Shown here one piece after another: positions 7,188-16,775 of a stretch of DNA of 64,000 nucleotides. The DNA lies in the NCBI GenBank assembly GCA_045106895.1, contig JBGCFM010000082.1:1-64000 (forward strand), in the 5' to 3' direction. A model generated the notes under the pieces. The model was given only the letters and a program-made list of their open reading frames with translations, had not been told where the DNA came from and ran no database searches. Position numbers and translations under genes: made by a program. The first letter of the stretch is position 1, and each line of letters begins with the position of its first letter. The stretch comes from Polyangiales bacterium. Lineage in GTDB: Bacteria > Myxococcota_A > Polyangia > Polyangiales > Houyiibacteriaceae.

Positions 7188-7957
7188 GCGACGTTGTTCT
7201 ACTCACACATGACGGGGCCATCAGCACCCTGACCATCAACCGGCCGGACAAGCTGAACGCCCTCAATCGGGCCGTCCTCGAAGGCGTCGCGAACGCCATC
7301 GACGAAGTAAGCGCCAAGGGGTCGCGCTGCCTCATCGTGACGGGCGCCGGCAAGGCCTTCGTTGCCGGTGCCGACATCGCTGCGATGCAAGACATGACTC
7401 CAGCGCAGGCGCAGGAGTTCAGTGAGCTCGGGCACATCGCCGGCACGAAGATGGAGAGCGCTGCGTTTCCGATCATCGCCGCGATCAACGGCTTCGCCCT
7501 CGGCGGCGGCTGCGAGCTGGCGCTGGCGTGCGACTTTGCGTTTGCCTCGACGAAAGCAAAACTCGGTCAGCCTGAAGTAAAGCTAGGCGTGATTCCTGGA
7601 TTCGGCGGCACACAGCGTCTGCTGCGTCGGGTGGGGGTCGCGATGGCTCGGGAGCTTGTCTACACCGGCAAGATGATCCGTGCGGATGAAGCGCTTCGCA
7701 TCGGTCTCGTGAACGCCGTTGTCGAACCCGAGGAGCTCATGGCTCACACGCAGGCGTGCGCCGAAGAAATCGCGAAGATGGGCCCACTCGCCGTCAAGGC
7801 TTGCAAGGAGCTCTTCATCGCCGGTGCGGACCGAAACCTCGCAGAAGCGAACCAGCTTGAGGCGCAGGCGTTTGGCCGATGCTTTGAGAGCAGCGACCAG
7901 AAGGAAGGCATGGCAGCGTTCTTGGGTAAGCGTGCCGCCGAGTTCACCGGGAAGTAG
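7184..7957 (+). CDS. crt: Enoyl-CoA hydratase (crotonase)
   Basis: FVAGADI, GFALGGGCEL and PEVKLGVIPGFGGTQRL motifs; ATGA overlap with hbd. Confidence 0.92.
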   Translation: MSDVVLLTHDGAISTLTINRPDKLNALNRAVLEGVANAIDEVSAKGSRCLIVTGAGKAFVAGADIAAMQDMTPAQAQEFSELGHIAGTKMESAAFPIIAAINGFALGGGCELALACDFAFASTKAKLGQPEVKLGVIPGFGGTQRLLRRVGVAMARELVYTGKMIRADEALRIGLVNAVVEPEELMAHTQACAEEIAKMGPLAVKACKELFIAGADRNLAEANQLEAQAFGRCFESSDQKEGMAAFLGKRAAEFTGK

Positions 7958-7966
7958 TCGCAGCCG

Positions 7967-10147
7967 CTAGGGCGCGAGCCTGACCCCTTCGGGGGTCAGG
8001 AGGTAGCGGTGCCCTGCGGCGAGCGTGTACGTCGCGCTCGTAAGCTCGGCGTTGGGCCAGCGAACCTCCACGGTGGTCTCGCACGCGTCGCCCAAGCCGA
8101 AGTGCAGCACACGAGAGCTTTGGCTTCCGTAGTGCCCGTGCCCGCCGTCCACTTCCTGAAGCTGGGTGCCGCCAGCGACGGTCGCGCGGACCTGCGCTCC
8201 GATGGCCATGGCGTTGGAGCCGTCTGCCTCGCCGACAACAACTTGGACGAAGTTGGACGCCGGCGTGACGTTCTCGAAGAAACGAACCTGCGAGTTCTCG
8301 TAGCAGTCCGTTGAGCCGCCACATCGCGCACGGCTGTGGCCCACGATGATGTCCAGGTCACCGTCGCGGTCGAAGTCCGCGACGACGACACCATGGCTTC
8401 GGAAGTGCTCGAAGAACTCGCTCGTGGTGAGCTCATCGAAGGTTCCTGTTTCGTTCTGGTGGAAGAGGTGGCCCAAGTTACCGTCGTAGTCGCTGGCACC
8501 GATGTAAACGTCGAGGCGCCCGTCGTTGTCGAAATCGAAGAGGGAGTTCGTCATATGCCCTTCGTCCCAAGTGCGCCCGTCGTGGACGACGCCGAGGCCT
8601 GTCGCTTCGTTGCCCGGTCGGGTGAAGACGCCTCCCTCGTTGATAAGAAGCTCCGAACCATCGGAGCCGAGGCCGGCCCACCAGTGTTTGATTTCACCGG
8701 TGAAAAGGTCGAGGTCTCCGTCGTTGTCGATGTCACCGGCGCTGGTGGCGCCGCTGTTTCCGCCGAGCCGGAACGCGTTACGGTCCTGGTCGTGACTCCA
8801 GTTGGGCCCGCAGGTGATGAGAGGGACGATGGTGACCATGTCGCAGTCCTCGGCGTCAGGGTTGCCCCGGCAGAAACACGCGGCGAACTGATTGTCGATC
8901 CACGTGCGGTCGGCGTCGTACGCATAACCGCTGGCTACGCTTTCGTTGGAGAAGGTGCCCCCAGCGGAGCCGCGCCAGAGGTGGTTGGGTGAGCGACCGT
9001 AGGACGGGACAAGCAGTTCAGTGTACCCGTCGCCATCAAGGTCGCGCGCGAGACTTCCCCACGCGCGGGAGTGGGAGCGCGCCTCGTTGAGGTCCGTGAT
9101 GGCGTTCCAGTCTTCGGTGACCAGCCCGGCGCTTTCCGTCACCTGCACGAACGCGCCCGTCCCGTCGCCCTGGTAGAGACGGTCTTCGAGGAAGAACGTA
9201 CCGCCGCCGTTCGAGAAGTTGTGCTGGGGGACGAAGAGATCAATGTTCCCGTCGAGGTTGAAGTCCACGAAGGACGCTCCCGCAGGGACATCAAAGCGTT
9301 CGGGGCTTCGGTGGTCACCCATAGGTCCAACGACGAAGGTGCCGTCGCCTTGGTTGAGGAAGATCTCGCTTCGCTCGCCGCCGCTCGCTTCGGCGTCGAC
9401 GGTGTTCGTCGCGAGGAACGCGTCGAGGTCGCCGTCGTTGTCGACGTCGGCGAACGCCGCGATTTCGACGGGGCGACCCACCGTGTCTTCGCCCGGCGCG
9501 CGCATCGCGAGCAAGCCAGACTCTTGGCTGATGTCCTCGAAGCCTGCGCCATTGTTACGAAGGAGCCAGGTTCGCCGGACACCTTCGGGACCGAAGTCGT
9601 CGAGGGCTTGGCCACCGCGTCGCACCAACAGGTCCGGCGACCCGTCTCCATCGATGTCTGCGACGTTCAGTCGAACGCCCATTACGCCATCGAGACCCCA
9701 CTCACTCGTGCGCTCCCGGAACGCGGCTTGACCGCTTTCCCATGCGCCGCCCGGGCACACCGCATCAGGCAGGTCCGCTGCGCAGACGCCAGCTTCACAG
9801 AGCTCGCCGTCCCCGCAGGTGGCGTCGCCGCAGTAGCAGAGTCCATCGCTATCGTTGCAGGTGGCGTCGCCCGCGCACACCACGTCTGCGCACAGGACGG
9901 GCATACACTGAGCGTCGGCGCTGCACGTGTTTGGTGCGGCGCAAAGGGCGTCGCCGCAGTAACACTGACCGTTCGTGGGGTCGCACACGGAACCGGCGCC
10001 ACACGTGTCGGCGGCACAAAGAGCCTCGAGGCAGACGCCGTCCACACAGGCTGTCCCTGTGGGGCATGTACCGGTCTCACAACCATCTTCGGTCTTGCAG
10101 GCAGCGCTGAAGAGCAGGGCGAAGGAGAGCAGAAGTGAAAAACGCAT
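7967..10147 (-). CDS. CRTAC1-like lipoprotein: Cys-rich repeats, FG-GAP repeats, ASPIC/UnbV domain
   Basis: Lipobox SAAC, multiple DxDxDGxxDL repeats, C-terminal LHFGLG...VEVRWP. Start moved to the ATG at 10147. Confidence 0.85.
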   Translation of the reverse strand: MRFSLLLSFALLFSAACKTEDGCETGTCPTGTACVDGVCLEALCAADTCGAGSVCDPTNGQCYCGDALCAAPNTCSADAQCMPVLCADVVCAGDATCNDSDGLCYCGDATCGDGELCEAGVCAADLPDAVCPGGAWESGQAAFRERTSEWGLDGVMGVRLNVADIDGDGSPDLLVRRGGQALDDFGPEGVRRTWLLRNNGAGFEDISQESGLLAMRAPGEDTVGRPVEIAAFADVDNDGDLDAFLATNTVDAEASGGERSEIFLNQGDGTFVVGPMGDHRSPERFDVPAGASFVDFNLDGNIDLFVPQHNFSNGGGTFFLEDRLYQGDGTGAFVQVTESAGLVTEDWNAITDLNEARSHSRAWGSLARDLDGDGYTELLVPSYGRSPNHLWRGSAGGTFSNESVASGYAYDADRTWIDNQFAACFCRGNPDAEDCDMVTIVPLITCGPNWSHDQDRNAFRLGGNSGATSAGDIDNDGDLDLFTGEIKHWWAGLGSDGSELLINEGGVFTRPGNEATGLGVVHDGRTWDEGHMTNSLFDFDNDGRLDVYIGASDYDGNLGHLFHQNETGTFDELTTSEFFEHFRSHGVVVADFDRDGDLDIIVGHSRARCGGSTDCYENSQVRFFENVTPASNFVQVVVGEADGSNAMAIGAQVRATVAGGTQLQEVDGGHGHYGSQSSRVLHFGLGDACETTVEVRWPNAELTSATYTLAAGHRYLLTPEGVRLAP

Positions 10148-10219
10148 CCCACCGCATAGCAGTCGAGATAAATGAATGGTGAGAGATCGCTCACTCTCGT
10201 GAACGCAATTCACAACAGG

Positions 10220-10972
10220 CTACTGCGGCGTGGTGTCTTCTTCGGGTGTGAGGCCACACTCGCGTACAAAGCGCTCGGGAAGCCGGTAGGCGTCCTCAAG
10301 GCGAAGGTCGAGGGTTTCGAGCGCGGCGTTCGCCCGAGCCGACAAGGCGGTCTCGAAGGCCGCGCGTGCCCCGTCGCAGTCGCCTTGCATGGCGAGGATC
10401 TCCGCTTGGAGTTCGCTCGCGGGAGCCTGCGCGACGCCTGTAAGCCGCGCGACGTCCAATCGCGCGTCACCGCGCTCCGCGTCATCTTCCCGCACGGCCC
10501 ACCAGGCGAGGCTCAGGTGAACATCGGGGTCCCAGGGGTCAACGACCTGTCGCCATTCAGCCAGAGGCTGCGAGGCCGTCGTGGGGTCATCGATGCTCGT
10601 CGCACGAAGGGCGGCGACCCAGATGAGCGCCGGCGCTGCGGCCAAGAGAAACGCCAGGACGTCGACGCTGATCCCTGAGGGAGCGCCTCGTTCGGCGTCC
10701 TTGCGGCGCATGAGGCAAGCGCCCGCCGCCAAGACGCCGACGGCGCTTCCGAAGAGCGGCATGGGTGAATCGACGAGGGTGGGTCCCACGCTGTGGAATC
10801 CAACGCACTGCGCAACGATAAACACGCCGAAGGCAGCCGCGACGGAGGCTCTTGGGGACGCTCCGGGCGCGAGGCGGCGGACGAGGGCTGGGACGAAAAG
10901 CCCCCAGCCCACGCTTAGGACCAGCGCGAGGAGGACAGGCGCCCAGACAACCTCGGTGTGATACGCGGACAA
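10220..10972 (-). CDS. Hypothetical membrane protein with TPR-like C-terminus
   Basis: Four hydrophobic segments; lies directly downstream of xth on the same strand. Confidence 0.55.
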   Translation of the reverse strand: MSAYHTEVVWAPVLLALVLSVGWGLFVPALVRRLAPGASPRASVAAAFGVFIVAQCVGFHSVGPTLVDSPMPLFGSAVGVLAAGACLMRRKDAERGAPSGISVDVLAFLLAAAPALIWVAALRATSIDDPTTASQPLAEWRQVVDPWDPDVHLSLAWWAVREDDAERGDARLDVARLTGVAQAPASELQAEILAMQGDCDGARAAFETALSARANAALETLDLRLEDAYRLPERFVRECGLTPEEDTTPQ

Positions 10973-10978
10973 GGCGGT

Positions 10979-11746
10979 TTAGTCCTGAAGCTCGAGGAGA
11001 ACCGGGGCGTGGTCGGACGCGCCTTTGCCGTGGCGCTCGCTTCGCTCGACGGCGCAGCCGATGACCCGGTCCGCCATTTTCTTCGTCGCGTAGAAGTGAT
11101 CGATGCGCATGCCGTTGTTTCGTTCGAAGCCAAGGCCGCGGTAGTCCCACCAAGTGTAGACGTTGCCGCCCGGATGAAACGGCCGAAAGACATCCTCAAG
11201 ACCAAAGGCCGCGATGGCTTCAAGCTTTTCGCGCACGATAGGGTTGGCCAGGACGCTTCCCTCATACTCGTCGGGGCGAGCGATGTCGTCTGGAAAGGGC
11301 GCGACGTTGAAGTCGCCTGTCAGAAGCACCTCGTCCTTCGCGTCGAAACGCTGAATCCACGTCGCCAGGTCGTCCATCCAGGACTGCTTGTAGACCCACT
11401 TGTCGGACTCCATGTTGCCGCCGTTGGGAAAGTACGCGCAGATGATTCGCACGCCCGAGACCTTCACGGAGATGAGCCGTGACTGTTCGTCGTCCGGGCG
11501 CATGTCCATCCCGCGGGTGATGTCCTCGGGCTCTTCGCGCGTCAGAATCGCCACGCCATTGTACGTCTTCTGTCCAAACACTGCGGAGTGGTAACCAAGC
11601 TCCTTGCACTTCTCCGTGGGGAAGGCGTCCGTGGGGACCTTGAGCTCCTGAAGGCAGAGCACATCTGGCTTGTGTGTCGTCAGCCAGTTGAGGAGGCGCT
11701 CTTCACGCGCGCGAACCGAGTTGATATTCCAAGTGGCGATCTTCAT
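10979..11746 (-). CDS. xth: Exodeoxyribonuclease III
   Basis: ATWNINS, LQELK, GDFN, YTWWDYR, RIDH and SDHAP motifs. Confidence 0.96.
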   Translation of the reverse strand: MKIATWNINSVRAREERLLNWLTTHKPDVLCLQELKVPTDAFPTEKCKELGYHSAVFGQKTYNGVAILTREEPEDITRGMDMRPDDEQSRLISVKVSGVRIICAYFPNGGNMESDKWVYKQSWMDDLATWIQRFDAKDEVLLTGDFNVAPFPDDIARPDEYEGSVLANPIVREKLEAIAAFGLEDVFRPFHPGGNVYTWWDYRGLGFERNNGMRIDHFYATKKMADRVIGCAVERSERHGKGASDHAPVLLELQD

Positions 11747-11822
11747 CTGGGTACGCGCCTACCACCTTCTCCCGCAAAGGTCACCCGTAGCCGCCAAAGC
11801 CGAGTCACGATAGGGTTTGCCC

Positions 11823-12221
11823 ATGAGCAAGAAAGTCATCTCCACAAGCGAGGCACCGGCGGCCATCGGTCCTTATTCCCAAGCCATCGTCGCGAACGGT
11901 TTTCTTTTCTGTTCGGGCCAAATAGCGCTTCATCCGGAGAGCGGCGAGCTCGTCGGCATGGGCGATATCACCAAGCAGACAAAGCAGGTCATGGAGAACC
12001 TCGCCGCGGTGTTGCGGGCCGGAGGCTCGTCGTTTGAAGGCATCGTGAAGTGCGGGATCTTCTTGGAGTCGATGGACGACTTCGCGGCGGTCAACGCTGT
12101 GTACGCCACCTACTTCGACGGAATGGACCCGCCGGCTCGGGCATGTGTCGCGGTGCGAACGCTGCCGAAGAACGTGGCGGTGGAGGTCGAAGCCATCGCC
12201 CTGGTGGGCGACGGCGCGTAA
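11823..12221 (+). CDS. ridA: RidA family enamine/imine deaminase
   Basis: APAAIGPYSQA, SGQI, PAR and LPK..VEVE motifs. Confidence 0.92.
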   Translation: MSKKVISTSEAPAAIGPYSQAIVANGFLFCSGQIALHPESGELVGMGDITKQTKQVMENLAAVLRAGGSSFEGIVKCGIFLESMDDFAAVNAVYATYFDGMDPPARACVAVRTLPKNVAVEVEAIALVGDGA

Positions 12222-12225
12222 GTGC

Positions 12226-14073
12226 TCAGTCTTGCCCGGCGGTGCAGCCGGCAAGCCCTGTGCTGGACGTGACTCCTTCGTATCCGTCAACGGCCGAGAA
12301 GTAGCTGTCCGTCGTCTCGAAAGGTGCGTTGTACCCATCGGCGTACATCGCTTCGAGGTCAGTCTCCGGTGGAACGTCCCAGTCTGTGCACCAGACGCCG
12401 GCGGCCTCTTCAAGGCTTAGGCGAAAAGAGCTATCACCGGCCAAGTCGACGAGGGCGTTGGTCTGTGATTCGTCGATTCCCAGGAGGTTTGTCACGCCGC
12501 TGAAGAAGCCGCTGCGTTGGCCCCGTCGTGTCACGTACACGACCTTCTCACAGCCCATGTTGCGAAGCGCGAGCACTGGCTGAAGGTCACTCCAACCACC
12601 GACGGAGATGCGCTCGTCACCCGGGATCTCAAGACCACGTGCGAGTCCAGGCTCGGCGGGCGAGAGGGAGAGGACCTGGCCCCACGTGAGCGCTTCGAGG
12701 ACACGGCGCTTTTGGGTTTTGAGGTCGTCGTAGCCGAGGGGGTTGGCCATCACGCGTTCAATGTCGTCGGAGTGACCGAAGTACCCCAGGCGAACGTCGT
12801 CGAAGTTTGTATCCCACTCGATGGTTTGTCCGCTGGCGTAGGCTGCTCGCGCTGCGCTCCACGTGGCGATGGCGTCGCCCTCGAGGACGCCCGTCGAGAT
12901 GAGGACGGGGAGGGTGTCTCCGACGGTGTCATTCGCGCGCGTCGCGTATGCAGACTCGTCGGCCAAGAGCGTGCGGCGGAAGCTGCCGGCGAGCTCCGAG
13001 AAGACTTCGCCGCAGGTCGATCCATCACGCGTCATGACGCCCTCGGCTTCGGTCCAGGTCATGCCCCGCGAAGGCTGCGCGCACTCGTCGAGGAAGTACT
13101 CCATGTCCGTGGTGTTTACCGGGGCGTAGCCTGCGTAGAAGCTGCCGATGCGTCCGATGCGCTGGGCGAGGACCTCGAAGTTGAGCACGCCGGGCCGGAC
13201 GAAGATGGTGGGGTCGCTCGCGTCGAAGTTTGCCGCGTTTTGCAATGCGCCCATGATGTCGCGTGCGTGGAAAACGGGGTCCGGGGAGGTCTGAAGGAGC
13301 CCAAGCAGTTCTGGGTTGATGAGCGGCCGAATCTCGGGCGACTGGAGCACGCCGAGCAGCGCCGTGACGCCGGCGGTGGGGTCCTCGCCGGCGAGTAGGG
13401 AGCTCACGCCACCTGCCTGCGCTTCACCTGCGACGCGCGCGAGGGTCTGAATCGCGAGACCCTCTTCGGAGCCTGCGAGCACGGTGAAATATCCACGAAG
13501 TGACTTGAAGAGAAGGGCTGCACGACCGCCCTGTTCATGAGGCGTACATCCTTCGCAGCGAACGGCCGGGTTCATCTGCACCGAGTCCACGAGGAAGGTG
13601 GTGATCGATGCCGAGCTTCCGCCCGCTGCCCCGTCGAAGAGCCCGTAGTGCTCGTAGAGCCGAGCGAGGGCGCCGAAGTGACTCGTGATGCGCTGGCCGT
13701 TACCGCGCACGCCGATGCAGAGGCTTGGTCCTTCGCCGTCCTGGCTCGCGATGGTTCCGCAGTAGGGGTAGTCTGCAATATCGCAGCACGCGCTGCGTTC
13801 AGCGTCGGTGCTTGAGCCGTCTACTGACTGGCAGCGGGCAGCCATCTCATCGCCGCAGTCCGGGTCGGGCAATGGGCAGAAGTCATCACATGCGGCGTCG
13901 GCGTACCAACCGTAGCGCGCGCAGTAGTCGACGCCGTCGTCGGTGGCGCCAAGACGCGCCGCTTCATCTTTTGAGATGCCTGGCTCCTCCGGGGTGCCTT
14001 CGCTCGCGCATCCGCCAACGCCGATGGGCGCAAGAAGTCCAATGGTCACGGCGATTAGGTGTAGGCGCTGCAT
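12226..14073 (-). CDS. Lipoprotein with divergent patatin-like motifs
   Basis: Lipobox VGGC, Cys-rich N-terminus, GVRGNG, AGGSSAS and VGGWSD motifs. Confidence 0.6.
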   Translation of the reverse strand: MQRLHLIAVTIGLLAPIGVGGCASEGTPEEPGISKDEAARLGATDDGVDYCARYGWYADAACDDFCPLPDPDCGDEMAARCQSVDGSSTDAERSACCDIADYPYCGTIASQDGEGPSLCIGVRGNGQRITSHFGALARLYEHYGLFDGAAGGSSASITTFLVDSVQMNPAVRCEGCTPHEQGGRAALLFKSLRGYFTVLAGSEEGLAIQTLARVAGEAQAGGVSSLLAGEDPTAGVTALLGVLQSPEIRPLINPELLGLLQTSPDPVFHARDIMGALQNAANFDASDPTIFVRPGVLNFEVLAQRIGRIGSFYAGYAPVNTTDMEYFLDECAQPSRGMTWTEAEGVMTRDGSTCGEVFSELAGSFRRTLLADESAYATRANDTVGDTLPVLISTGVLEGDAIATWSAARAAYASGQTIEWDTNFDDVRLGYFGHSDDIERVMANPLGYDDLKTQKRRVLEALTWGQVLSLSPAEPGLARGLEIPGDERISVGGWSDLQPVLALRNMGCEKVVYVTRRGQRSGFFSGVTNLLGIDESQTNALVDLAGDSSFRLSLEEAAGVWCTDWDVPPETDLEAMYADGYNAPFETTDSYFSAVDGYEGVTSSTGLAGCTAGQD

Positions 14074-14144
14074 CTCGATCTCCCCCGTTCAACGATGAAC
14101 GGAGCCATACTAGGGGGAGGCCAGTACCCGTGCCAGGGGTCTGC

Positions 14145-15416
14145 TCACACGAAGGGGTTGGTCTCCCCAAACGTCTCCTCACGGTCAGGCCCCACGCTGA
14201 CGATGGAGATCGGGCACTCAAGGAGCGCTTCCAAGCGTTCGATGTAGGCGAGGGCGCTCGCTGGCAACGCGTCGCGGCTGCGGCATCCTGTGATGTCTTC
14301 GTTCCAGCCAGGCATGCGCTCATACACCACCTCTACCTCGGCGTACGCATCGAAAGGAGGCTCGCTGTGGTCCTGGCCATCAAGCCGGTAGTGGGTGCCA
14401 ATGCACACCTCCTCGAGACCCGTGAGGACATCCAGCTTCGTCAGCGCAATGCTCGTGAGCCCGTTGGCGCGGACAGCGAGGCGAAGCGCAGGAATATCGA
14501 TCCAGCCACACCGTCGAGGGCGCCCGGTAGTGGCGCCGAACTCCTTGCCGACTTTTCGAATCTGCTCGCCGACCTCCCCATGCAGTTCAGTCGGAAACGG
14601 TCCCTCGCCAACGCGCGTTGCATAGGCTTTCGCGATTCCGATGACGCGGGAGATGGCGGCGGGCCCCAAACCGCTTCCGGTACAGGCGCCGCCTGCGACG
14701 GCGTTGGAGCTCGTCACGAAGGGGTAGGTGCCCTGGTCGACGTCGAGCATCGTTCCTTGGGCACCTTCGAGGAGGATGTGCTCCTTCTTTCGGAGCGACT
14801 CACCCACCACAGCGCCCGCATCGCCGATGAGCGATCGAAGGTCCTCGCCCCACTTGCGGCAAATCGCGACGACTTCTTCATCGCTTGGAAGCTCGCCGCC
14901 GAAGGCGGCGGCGACGGGCGCCCACTGCTCAAGGTTGCGCTTCACGAGGTCGTCGAGCTTCGGGCTTAGGAGGTCGCCGACGCGAACGCCACGACGTCCG
15001 ACTTTGTCTTCGTAGGCAGGGCCGATGCCGCGCTTAGTCGTTCCGATTTTACGCGCGCCCGATTCGCGCAGGCCGTCCATCACCTTGTGCTGCGGCATGA
15101 CCACGTGGGCGCGTTGGCTGAGCACGAGCCGCTCCGCGTACGCGATCCCGCTCGTCTTGAGATCCTCGAGTTCTTCAAGGAGCGTCCCGGGGTCGACGAC
15201 GGTTCCTTGGCCGACGACGCAGCGCGTTGAAGGGTGCAGGATGCCGCTGGGGATCAAGTGCAGAACGATCTTTTTGCCCTCGACGACCAACGTGTGACCC
15301 GCGTTGGCGCCACCGGCGTAACGAACCACGAGATCTGCGTGCGGCGATAGTAGGTCGACGACCTTGCCTTTGCCTTCATCGCCCCACTGAGCACCGACTA
15401 CTACTGCTGCTGGCAT
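14145..15416 (-). CDS. purA: Adenylosuccinate synthetase
   Basis: QWGDEGKGK, GGANAGHT, EGAQG and TTGRPRRCGW motifs. Confidence 0.98.
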   Translation of the reverse strand: MPAAVVVGAQWGDEGKGKVVDLLSPHADLVVRYAGGANAGHTLVVEGKKIVLHLIPSGILHPSTRCVVGQGTVVDPGTLLEELEDLKTSGIAYAERLVLSQRAHVVMPQHKVMDGLRESGARKIGTTKRGIGPAYEDKVGRRGVRVGDLLSPKLDDLVKRNLEQWAPVAAAFGGELPSDEEVVAICRKWGEDLRSLIGDAGAVVGESLRKKEHILLEGAQGTMLDVDQGTYPFVTSSNAVAGGACTGSGLGPAAISRVIGIAKAYATRVGEGPFPTELHGEVGEQIRKVGKEFGATTGRPRRCGWIDIPALRLAVRANGLTSIALTKLDVLTGLEEVCIGTHYRLDGQDHSEPPFDAYAEVEVVYERMPGWNEDITGCRSRDALPASALAYIERLEALLECPISIVSVGPDREETFGETNPFV

Positions 15417-15418
15417 CG

Positions 15419-16651
15419 TTATTCTCCACGCGCCCAGGCGCGAGTTTCATCGCTGTCCATCGCCGCCGCGCTTCGTCGCGCGCCATCGAGAACTCGGCAG
15501 ATTTCTTCGCCCTCGATGACCACGTCGTAGCCCCAAGCACGCGCATAAGCGAGAGCGAAATCGGCATCTCCGGAGACGTGGGCAGCGCAGATGCCTGTAT
15601 CTCGAAGGTTTTGAAGTTCAGGTGTCTCACCGATGACGATCGCCCGCAGCCGGGCGCTTGTCGCAGGGGGGTTGCCAGCCTTGGAGAGTGCCCACTCCAA
15701 ATGGTGAAGGTCGATGCCGAATCCAGTGGCCGGGAGGTCCGCGCCAAAGGACGCAAGGAGGCCGTCGTATCGGCCGCCACCGCCGAGGCGGGCGCCGGGG
15801 CCCGGTGCCAATAGAGAAAAGCTAAGGCCGGTGTAGTAACCGTGGCCGCGGAGTTCGCCGAGGTCGATGCTCACCGTCGCGCCGCTGCCGTCGAGTTCCT
15901 TCTCGATGGCCGCGAACGCTTCGTCGAGCGCATCAAGCTCTGTCTTGAACGTGGGAAAGCGCTGGCGGGCACTATCGATGACCTCACGTCCGCCGTAGAG
16001 GTCCACCAGTGACAGAAGACGGTCTGTTTCTTCTGCGGAGAGCTTCCCGCGCTCCGCGAACTCAGAGAGCAGATGGCGGTCTTTTTGTGCGAGCGCTTCG
16101 GTGGCGCCTTGCCGCTCTTCCTTCGGGACGGAAGCGAGGGCGTGACGCGCGATGGCGACCTCTCCGAGTTCGAGGTTCCAGGTTGGCAGACCTAGACGAT
16201 GAAGTGCTTGGCAAGCGAGGCGCATAACCTCGAGGTCGCCGTCGATGCCGTCGACGCCGATAAGCTCGATGCCTGCCTGTGCCGCCATACGAGAGCGACG
16301 GGCGCGCCCTTCTTTGCGGCGGATGACGGTGCCTTGGTAACTCAGTCGGTATGGGGCGGGTCGTGACGAGAGGCGTGTGGCGACGATACGCGCGATCTGC
16401 GGCGTGATGTCGGGCCGTAGCAGCGCCACCTCGCCGGTGTCCGGTTCCACGAAACGAACCACTTGGTTTCGGTCGACCTCAAGTCCGCGTTCAAGCACGT
16501 CGGCGTATTCAAACGCCGGGGTGGTCACGCGCTGGTAACCAGCGAGCTCAAAGCCCGCGGACAAACGACGCTGCATGGCGGCGATGGACGCGGTGGCTTC
16601 TGGCAGTAAGTCGCGAAGACCACGGGGGGCGGCGAGGGGGAGGGCGGGCAT
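15419..16651 (-). CDS. hisZ: ATP phosphoribosyltransferase regulatory subunit
   Basis: PRGLRDLLP, LRPDITPQIAR, YYTG and GGGRYD motifs; typical hisZ-purA linkage. Confidence 0.9.
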   Translation of the reverse strand: MPALPLAAPRGLRDLLPEATASIAAMQRRLSAGFELAGYQRVTTPAFEYADVLERGLEVDRNQVVRFVEPDTGEVALLRPDITPQIARIVATRLSSRPAPYRLSYQGTVIRRKEGRARRSRMAAQAGIELIGVDGIDGDLEVMRLACQALHRLGLPTWNLELGEVAIARHALASVPKEERQGATEALAQKDRHLLSEFAERGKLSAEETDRLLSLVDLYGGREVIDSARQRFPTFKTELDALDEAFAAIEKELDGSGATVSIDLGELRGHGYYTGLSFSLLAPGPGARLGGGGRYDGLLASFGADLPATGFGIDLHHLEWALSKAGNPPATSARLRAIVIGETPELQNLRDTGICAAHVSGDADFALAYARAWGYDVVIEGEEICRVLDGARRSAAAMDSDETRAWARGE

Positions 16652-16775
16652 CTTTGTCCTTGTTGGCCAAGTGCGCGAGCAGTGCGCTTCGGCTCTAAGG
16701 CCTATAGCTCGTTGCGTCTCCAGCGCACGGAGCGTCGCCCACCCAAGGCATGCGAATCAATACCCGGCGAAGCGC

